64,000 bases of DNA from a virus, in IMG/VR virus record IMGVR_UViG_3300034105_003151, positions 64,001 through 128,000 of that record. One strand, 5' to 3'. The notes beneath the pieces were generated by a model. That model searched no databases. It was not told the DNA's origin and saw only the letters and a program-made list of their open reading frames with translations. Each line of letters opens with the position of its first letter. Within the stretch, counting starts at the first letter, position 1. This document shows positions 59,028-64,000 of the stretch, in pieces. A program made the translations under genes and the position numbers.

Positions 59028-59186
59028 ATGGCAAAGTCAAAGAGTTATGATCCTAGTACAAAGTTGACAAAGTGTACTTGTAAGCACGCTTTTCAGGATG
59101 CTGAGTATGGCGAAGATATTCGTCTCATGAATAAGAAAAAGGCCGGTGGTTTTTGCTGCACTGTTTGTGGTAAAGACAAGGTATAA
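59028..59186 (+). CDS. Small Zn-binding protein
   Basis: CTCKH.FQD..YG...CTVCG; GGAG RBS. Confidence 0.65.
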   Translation: MAKSKSYDPSTKLTKCTCKHAFQDAEYGEDIRLMNKKKAGGFCCTVCGKDKV

Positions 59187-59326
59187 TCAATAATAATATG
59201 ACGATTAAAGTCGAACGTAATCGTTGAAAGTCGGAACAAAAAAGCTAAATAAAGACTAGTGAGTTAGCCTCCTCCTAGTCTGGTACACCTAATCTACCCA
59301 ATTAGCAAACAAAATCCGACATAAGT

Positions 59327-59408
59327 CACAAGTCCTTATACAGCAAGTACTTAGGGCTGGGCCGGCGGGCCGCGTTCGCCGTAAGTCCTTATCTACCAAC
59401 ACTTTACG
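59327..59408 (+). repeat. 82-bp repeat, copy 13
   Basis: cacaagtcctt-7-aagtacttagg / 24 / cgtaagtcctt-7-aacactttacg. Confidence 0.9.
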
Positions 59409-59524
59409 AGTTGTTTCGCCTTCTGCAACAACTGCAAATATCATGCCAAAGATTTTTCAAAGATTTACCCCTTGACTTGCCGATAAGATATTGTAGAATG
59501 ACAGGACACAAGGGAGAATGAAAA

Positions 59525-60244
59525 ATGAAGATTGCTGATGGTAACGATAAGCTCGGCAAGAATTGTATTGTGGTGTCGCGTCCGGTTGGCGATACTTGTC
59601 CAATCGAAGGATCAGACCGTCCGTGTGCCTTTTTTAATAACGGATGCTATGCGGAAGCTACTGAAAATCAGTATAAGAATGCCCGCACTGCTGGTTTTGC
59701 CAATGTGATTACAAAAAAGAATCTTATTCGCTCTATGATTCTTGACGCTATTAAGCGTAAGAAAAGCATTCGTTGGCATGAGCGTGGCGATTTCTTTATT
59801 GACAATAAACTCGATACCGATTATGTTGACAATATAACCTGGGCTTGTGAGAGCGTGTTGGCCGATGGTATTAAATTGCCTAAGATGTGGTTTTATACCC
59901 ATATCTATGACCCTGCTCTGGTCGCGTTAGGTAAGTTTATGAGTGCTTATGCTAGTGTTCATAATGATGATGATATGAATGCTGCTAAGGCTGTTGGTTT
60001 TACTAAGTTTGCGTGGTGCGATAGTGATAAGAAAATTGCCCCTAAGCGTCCTAAGAGTAAGGCTAAGGCTGATGCTTGGCGTAAAGAGTTGCCAAAGTTT
60101 GTTATCCTGAACAACGAGCGTTTTGTTACTTGCCCTGAGATTCGCAAGGGACGAACGTTTGTTACTTGTAGTGGTAGTAAGGATAGTCAAGCGTGTGATA
60201 TGTGTATCAATGGTCGTGCTAGTGTCTTTTTCCCCTGTCATTGA
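59525..60244 (+). CDS. Gp88-like Cys-rich (radical-SAM-like) phage protein
   Basis: GN.KLG, TCP...C....CYA, IRWHERGDF, WFYT, CP...TC...C..C. Confidence 0.7.
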   Translation: MKIADGNDKLGKNCIVVSRPVGDTCPIEGSDRPCAFFNNGCYAEATENQYKNARTAGFANVITKKNLIRSMILDAIKRKKSIRWHERGDFFIDNKLDTDYVDNITWACESVLADGIKLPKMWFYTHIYDPALVALGKFMSAYASVHNDDDMNAAKAVGFTKFAWCDSDKKIAPKRPKSKAKADAWRKELPKFVILNNERFVTCPEIRKGRTFVTCSGSKDSQACDMCINGRASVFFPCH

Positions 60245-60253
60245 GGATTTACA

Positions 60254-60433
60254 ATGAATAAGTGGATTAAAATTGATGATGAAAAGATTCTGCACTTGTG
60301 GCAGTGTGCGGATTGTAATGAAACTCGCTATGTTTATCCTTGGTTCTATTCAGAAATGGGCGAACCCTGTTGTGAAGGATGTGATGGAGATATGGAATAC
60401 ATTCATACAGAGATGGAGGTTGACAATGGCTAA
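60254..60433 (+). CDS. Small Zn-ribbon protein (59 aa; not in the ORF track)
   Basis: WQCADC...PCCEGCDGDM; GAGGA RBS. Confidence 0.6.
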   Translation: MNKWIKIDDEKILHLWQCADCNETRYVYPWFYSEMGEPCCEGCDGDMEYIHTEMEVDNG

Positions 60434-60671
60434 GTACTATGTTAACTGTGGTTCGGTCAAGGTAATATATGATATGGGACCAAAAGGAAAGCATATGGAC
60501 GCGGCAGTTAGGGCTTTTCTAGATACTAATAAGGATGATAAACTGGACAACTATATGATTGTAAGCGAGCAAGGATTCCGCGATCAATTTGATATGATGC
60601 CCGTACATGATATGGCATACAGTATTACAAAAGTACAAAGAGTGGCAGAGAAAAGACAACGAAAGAAATAA
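60426..60671 (+). CDS. Hypothetical protein
   Basis: GGAGG RBS; MAKYYV..G...VSEQGF. Confidence 0.6.
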   Translation: MAKYYVNCGSVKVIYDMGPKGKHMDAAVRAFLDTNKDDKLDNYMIVSEQGFRDQFDMMPVHDMAYSITKVQRVAEKRQRKK

Positions 60672-60676
60672 CTCGC

Positions 60677-60758
60677 CGTAAACCCTTGCCACTAAACGAC
60701 TTAGGGCGAGGGCGGCGGGCCGGGCTCCTCCTAAACCCTTATGCAGCAAGTACTTAGG
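60677..60758 (+). repeat. 82-bp repeat, copy 14
   Basis: cgtaaaccctt-7-aacgacttagg / 24 / cctaaaccctt-7-aagtacttagg. Confidence 0.9.
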
Positions 60759-60808
60759 TCAAAATATTTTTTCTCAAGGTTCGTCCTGGGATTGGTCGAT
60801 AAGGGTGT

Positions 60809-61192
60809 ATGGCAGTTCAGTTGACAAGGAGAGAAAAGATGATACAATGGGTAGGGTTGGGTTTGGCTATTATTGGTTTTCTGTATAATGGCTTTAAAGA
60901 TTACCAAAATGGGGTAATTAAAGTTGCCCCCTTGACAACCCAAAATCAGACTGTAGAATATCCTAAGCAAGAGCCGATAAGATACTATCAAGCGGCCTTC
61001 AATCCCAATACTGGAAAGATTTACTTTCTCTATCCTGACGGACAATGGTATGAGCAAATCCCGCAAATACGAACCGATCAAACTCAATATCCGGCCAATA
61101 TGGCAGTTGGGCAAGGGACACAACAGCCATCTGTCGGGCAGCGGATCGCACAACAGCCTGCCCAAACGGCAAAGAACCCGTGGTTCCAGTAA
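60809..61192 (+). CDS. Membrane-anchored Gln/Pro-rich protein
   Basis: TM WVGLGLAIIGFLY. Confidence 0.6.
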   Translation: MAVQLTRREKMIQWVGLGLAIIGFLYNGFKDYQNGVIKVAPLTTQNQTVEYPKQEPIRYYQAAFNPNTGKIYFLYPDGQWYEQIPQIRTDQTQYPANMAVGQGTQQPSVGQRIAQQPAQTAKNPWFQ

Positions 61193-61216
61193 TAGGAAGG
61201 CTATGGAGGATCAGTA

Positions 61217-61432
61217 GTGTACGTTATCGAAAAGTGGAATGGTTTGATGTGTAATGGCTATACACACATTGTTGCTGGTTTTCCAACCCTAGAAGAAGCA
61301 AATATTTGGTGTCATCAACAATCGCCTACTAATGACTATGGCGAGCTTATGGATATGAAGAAAGCTTTCGATATCTATCGTGTTGAAGGCAAAACCGTGA
61401 CCTTAATTCCTTATCCCTGGGAGGATCAGTAA
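61217..61432 (+). CDS. Hypothetical protein
   Basis: GGAGG RBS, GTG start. Confidence 0.6.
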   Translation: MYVIEKWNGLMCNGYTHIVAGFPTLEEANIWCHQQSPTNDYGELMDMKKAFDIYRVEGKTVTLIPYPWEDQ

Positions 61433-61623
61433 TGGATCTTGACAAGTTAGATAGAATTAATATTGAAATGAAGGACGGTACGGAATGGATTGGAGTAAGA
61501 TTTATCAAAGATGTAACCGATGCGAGTGATAGACTCCTCTCATTTGAGCATAACGTCTTTGGGATGGTGGTCGTGAACTGGAGCGATGTTAAGATTGCTT
61601 ACTTCTATGAGGGAGAAGACTAA
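61432..61623 (+). CDS. Hypothetical protein
   Basis: TAATG coupling. Confidence 0.6.
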   Translation: MDLDKLDRINIEMKDGTEWIGVRFIKDVTDASDRLLSFEHNVFGMVVVNWSDVKIAYFYEGED

Positions 61624-61811
61624 TGAGTCTAGATAAAGGAGTAGAATATGGTAAGGAACGCCGTAGGGACTATCAGGGAAGTAAAAGATTTGATAGGTCA
61701 TGCCGTAATCATGGTTCCTGTGGTTATTGTCGTACTGGTCGTGAACATAGTGGTAAAAAGCGTCAATTGTCTGCTATGGAAAAAATGAACGATTACGAAA
61801 ATAATGCTTAA
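61623..61811 (+). CDS. Conserved small Zn-binding phage protein
   Basis: SK.FDRSCRNHGSCGYC motif. Confidence 0.7.
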   Translation: MSLDKGVEYGKERRRDYQGSKRFDRSCRNHGSCGYCRTGREHSGKKRQLSAMEKMNDYENNA

Positions 61812-61864
61812 TAACGGGATGGTTTTGGTGTACAATGGGATAATTGTAAGTATGAAGAATAAAT

Positions 61865-61951
61865 GGCTAGGTGGCAGAGCGGATTATTGCATCGGTCTTG
61901 AAAACCGAAGACGCCTCAAAACGTCCGTGGGTTCGAATCCTACCCTAGCCG
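61865..61951 (+). tRNA. tRNA-Ser(TGA)
   Basis: TCGGT-CTTGAAA-ACCGA; long variable arm. Confidence 0.9.
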
Positions 61952-62008
61952 CTTGACACCGGGAGAGTTTTGGTGTATAATGAAGACACGGGTTTTCCCG
62001 GTAAATAT

Positions 62009-62082
62009 AGGTTTGTAGTATAACGGATTTAGTACACTGGTCTACGAAACCAGAGATTTGGGTTCGATTCCCAACAGACCTA
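62009..62082 (+). tRNA. tRNA-Arg(ACG)
   Basis: CTGGT-CTACGAA-ACCAG. Confidence 0.85.
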
Positions 62083-62093
62083 CTGTTAGTTTT

Positions 62094-62180
62094 GCCCTAT
62101 GTTCCACACGGCTGGCTGTAAACCAGTTGACATTAATTTGTGTGGTGGTTTGTCAAGTAGTTCGATTCTTCCATAGGGTA
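62094..62180 (+). tRNA. Atypical tRNA-Tyr(GTA) lacking a normal D-arm
   Basis: GCTGG-CTGTAAA-CCAGT; acceptor GCCCTATG/CATAGGGT. Confidence 0.6.
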
Positions 62181-62185
62181 CTTTT

Positions 62186-62256
62186 GCCTGCATAGTTCAA
62201 CGGTAGAACAGTGGTTTTGTAAACCTCTAATGTCAGTTCGATTCTGACTGTGGGCT
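62186..62256 (+). tRNA. tRNA-Thr(TGT)
   Basis: GTGGT-TTTGTAA-ACCTC. Confidence 0.8.
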
Positions 62257-62269
62257 CTGGCTGATTTAT

Positions 62270-62344
62270 CTAGGTATAGCGAAGTCTGGCTATCGCACCT
62301 GCTTTGGGAGCAGGGGATCGGGGGTTCGAATCCCTCTACCTAGA
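62270..62344 (+). tRNA. tRNA-Pro(TGG)
   Basis: CCTGC-TTTGGGA-GCAGG. Confidence 0.9.
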
Positions 62345-62355
62345 CTGTTAGTAAT

Positions 62356-62443
62356 GGAAACGAGTTAGATATTGGCTTTGCTTTACCTCTTTGCTAAAGA
62401 GGGCCGGTTAATCCCGGTGAGGGTTCGATTCCCTCCGTTTCCG
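62356..62443 (+). tRNA. tRNA-Ser(GCT)
   Basis: CCTCT-TTGCTAA-AGAGG; long variable arm. Confidence 0.8.
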
Positions 62444-62445
62444 CT

Positions 62446-62522
62446 GTGACTATAGCATAGTGGTATTAATGTGATCGGCTGTGAACCGATAGAGACGAGT
62501 TCGAATCTCGTTAGTCACCCCA
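62446..62522 (+). tRNA. tRNA-His(GTG)
   Basis: ATCGG-CTGTGAA-CCGAT; C73 plus CCA. Confidence 0.85.
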
Positions 62523-62523
62523 T

Positions 62524-62596
62524 GGGACAGAGGATGATGTGGTCAAATCGCTAGTCTGAAGAACTAGTAATGTCGGTTCGATTCCGACCTGTCCCG
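62524..62596 (+). tRNA. tRNA-Phe(GAA)
   Basis: CTAGT-CTGAAGA-ACTAG. Confidence 0.8.
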
Positions 62597-62635
62597 CTTG
62601 ACAAAGTAAAAACGTACTGTATAATGAAATAACAC

Positions 62636-62708
62636 GCGGGCGTAGCTCAACGGATAGAGCAACAAGTTTCTACCTTGAAGGTTGGGGGTTCGAATCCCTT
62701 CGCCCGTA
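62636..62708 (+). tRNA. tRNA-Arg(TCT)
   Basis: CAAG-TTTCTAC-CTTG; A20. Confidence 0.8.
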
Positions 62709-62734
62709 CTGGTTTGGTGTAGATTAGATTTAAT

Positions 62735-62815
62735 GCGGAAGTGGAGTAATGGCAGCCTCGCGGGTCTTAGAAGCCCGTGCCGAAAGGCGTGTGGGTTCAA
62801 GTCCCACCTTCCGCA
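62735..62815 (+). tRNA. tRNA-Leu(TAG)
   Basis: CGGGT-CTTAGAA-GCCCG; long variable arm. Confidence 0.9.
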
Positions 62816-62821
62816 CTTTTT

Positions 62822-62892
62822 CCTCGCTTCTGCTAGTGGTAAGCTGTAACTCTGATAAGGTTATAACGGTAGTTCGATTCTACCAGCGAGGA
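62822..62892 (+). tRNA. tRNA-Ile(GAT)
   Basis: TAACT-CTGATAA-GGTTA; compact D-arm. Confidence 0.7.
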
Positions 62893-62893
62893 C

Positions 62894-62964
62894 TCAGGGA
62901 TTGTGTAACGGTAGCACGGAAGGCTTTGAACCTTCTTGTCTGGGTTCGAATCCTAGTCCCTGAA
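62894..62964 (+). tRNA. tRNA-Gln(TTG)
   Basis: GAAGG-CTTTGAA-CCTTC. Confidence 0.9.
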
Positions 62965-62975
62965 CTTTTGATTTT

Positions 62976-63047
62976 GACCCCATAGTATAGCGGTTAGTAC
63001 CACTGGCTTTCAACCAGTAGACCGGAGTTCGACTCTCCGTGGGGCCA
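62976..63047 (+). tRNA. tRNA-Glu(TTC)
   Basis: ACTGG-CTTTCAA-CCAGT. Confidence 0.85.
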
Positions 63048-63048
63048 T

Positions 63049-63122
63049 TGTGGAGTAGAGTAGTCTGGCAACTCGTTAGGCTCATAACCTAAAGATCGGC
63101 GGTTCGAATCCGTCCTCCACCA
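63049..63122 (+). tRNA. tRNA-Met(CAT), initiator-like
   Basis: TTAGG-CTCATAA-CCTAA; 1:72 mismatch, A11:U24. Confidence 0.8.
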
Positions 63123-63133
63123 CTTGTTAATAT

Positions 63134-63207
63134 AGTGGGATAGAAAAGTTGGCTAATTCAACGGTTTCATAAGCCGTCATGCGTGGGTTCGAATCCCACT
63201 CTCACTA
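63134..63207 (+). tRNA. tRNA-Met/Ile2(CAT)
   Basis: ACGGT-TTCATAA-GCCGT. Confidence 0.8.
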
Positions 63208-63244
63208 CTTGACATCGACAGGACGGTATGTATAATGGATTTAT

Positions 63245-63317
63245 GGGGCGTTCGTCTAATGGTCCAAGACGCAGGTCTTATTAACCTGCTATGGGAGTTC
63301 GATTCTCTCACGCCCTA
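63245..63317 (+). tRNA. tRNA with TAT anticodon (Ile) and U37
   Basis: CAGGT-CTTATTA-ACCTG. Confidence 0.65.
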
Positions 63318-63330
63318 CTGATGATTACAT

Positions 63331-63403
63331 GGCGACGTAGACCAAAGGTAGAGTCAAGGGATTTAAAATCCCTGTAGCGTGGGTTCGACCCCCACCGTCG
63401 CTA
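63331..63403 (+). tRNA. tRNA-Leu(TAA), short variable loop
   Basis: AGGGA-TTTAAAA-TCCCT; variable region GTAGC. Confidence 0.75.
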
Positions 63404-63407
63404 CTTC

Positions 63408-63478
63408 GGAGATAAAGCATTGTGGTGATGTAGCTGGCTCTTAACCAGCACAGTAAGGTTCGATTCCTTATATCTCCA
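63408..63478 (+). tRNA. tRNA-Lys(CTT)
   Basis: GCTGG-CTCTTAA-CCAGC. Confidence 0.8.
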
Positions 63479-63488
63479 TTAGGAATAT

Positions 63489-63561
63489 GCCCAATTAGTA
63501 TAGCGGTTATTATAGCGGACTTTTAATCCGACAGACCTCCGTTCGAATCGGAGATTGGGTA
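63489..63561 (+). tRNA. tRNA-Lys(TTT)
   Basis: CGGA-CTTTTAA-TCCG. Confidence 0.8.
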
Positions 63562-63601
63562 CTTGACAACGGAACCGGATAGGGTAAGATAAAGAAAACT
63601 C

Positions 63602-63674
63602 GGGATGCTAGCTCAATTGGCAGAGCAAGGAGCTTTTAACTCCGAGGTTCAGGGTTCGATTCCCTGGCGTCCCA
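63602..63674 (+). tRNA. tRNA-Lys(TTT), second copy
   Basis: GGAG-CTTTTAA-CTCC. Confidence 0.9.
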
Positions 63675-63691
63675 CTAAAAGGAAAAGACTA

Positions 63692-63856
63692 ATGCAAGAA
63701 TATGAGTTTAACTACAGTATACTTGCAGAGGATGCCGATGATCTGTTGGTGGATTGGGAAGAGAACGAAACGGTTTTTGATTATTACTTTCACAAATTGG
63801 TAGAGGAGATTTGGGATGGCAACGAGGGAAAAGATCAGGAATGTGCCCAGTATTGA
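63692..63856 (+). CDS. Acidic small protein
   Basis: AAGGA RBS; Asp/Glu-rich. Confidence 0.55.
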   Translation: MQEYEFNYSILAEDADDLLVDWEENETVFDYYFHKLVEEIWDGNEGKDQECAQY

Positions 63857-64000
63857 GGAGCTTCGAAGGGATAAGTGGAAGGTAAGAGTTTATCATGCCA
63901 GAGTATGGTTTGATCATTATGAAGCTGTTGATTATCTAATGAGTATGAAAGAAGCGAAGAAGCTACTTTCTGATTCCACTTCTACTGTGCTATTGAGTCT

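Larger units (their letters stand above)
44658..59448. promoter_or_regulatory. 13 sigma54-type -24/-12 sites (TGGCAC-N5-TTGC) next to the repeats
   Basis: + strand: 44658, 45502, 46738, 49243; - strand (left coordinate): 45521, 46715, 46757, 48101, 49212, 49261, 52104, 58272, 59433. Confidence 0.75.
45610..60801 (+). promoter_or_regulatory. Sigma28-like promoters T(C/A)AAG-N15/16-GHCGATA, usually interleaved with sigma70 promoters
   Basis: -35 boxes at 45610, 46845, 48189, 48453, 50641, 53568, 53815, 57321, 58297, 60774. Confidence 0.65.

Noticed and set aside
43371-60758. Repeats as a CRISPR array
   Set aside because: Units are 0.9-2 kb apart and degenerate; the 24-bp linker is conserved rather than a unique spacer; no cas genes in the window.
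62636-62708. Amber suppressor tRNA (CTA) and stop-codon recoding
   Set aside because: The CAAG/CTTG stem centres TCT in a 7-nt loop, A20 fits Arg, and long genes are intact in the standard code with TAG used as a stop.
54009-63085. ORFs overlapping tRNA genes (54009-54224, 54745-55002, 62564-62800, 62749-62985, 62894-63085)
   Set aside because: Translations of tRNA sequence.
63245-63317. Ochre suppressor (TTA)
   Set aside because: The 5-bp stem places TAT at positions 34-36; TTA would need an off-centre loop.

Overview
This window is a 64-kb segment of a large tailed dsDNA bacteriophage (long-tailed, siphovirus-like Caudoviricetes, standard genetic code). A Planctomycetota host is a tentative inference. 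(1) 1-2.6 kb, + strand: Vsr/NUMOD3 endonuclease, Rad52/Sak-like annealing protein, Zn-ribbon protein and a membrane-anchored YfaP/DUF2135-like protein. (2) 2.6-42.9 kb, - strand, AT-rich: a complete late module with a phage sigma factor, gmd, HNH, ERCC4 nuclease, terminase, portal, protease with nested scaffold, decoration protein, major capsid, fibre and DUF285 proteins, neck and tail genes, and a 2601-aa tape measure protein. A GTGTATT motif recurs upstream of late genes. (3) 43.3-64 kb, + strand: an early-type region of tiny ORFs, 27 tRNA genes covering all 20 amino acids, and several structured non-coding RNA candidates. The most striking feature is a modular intergenic architecture repeated every 0.9-2 kb from 43.4 to 60.8 kb. 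It consists of an 82-bp element (two 11-7-11 palindromic boxes joined by a fixed-length 24-bp directional GC linker; 10 full and 4 half copies). This is followed by clusters of sigma54 -24/-12 sites (13 seen, mostly antisense or head-to-head) and then overlapping sigma70 and sigma28-like promoters. All calls come from reading the sequence by eye; no searches were run.
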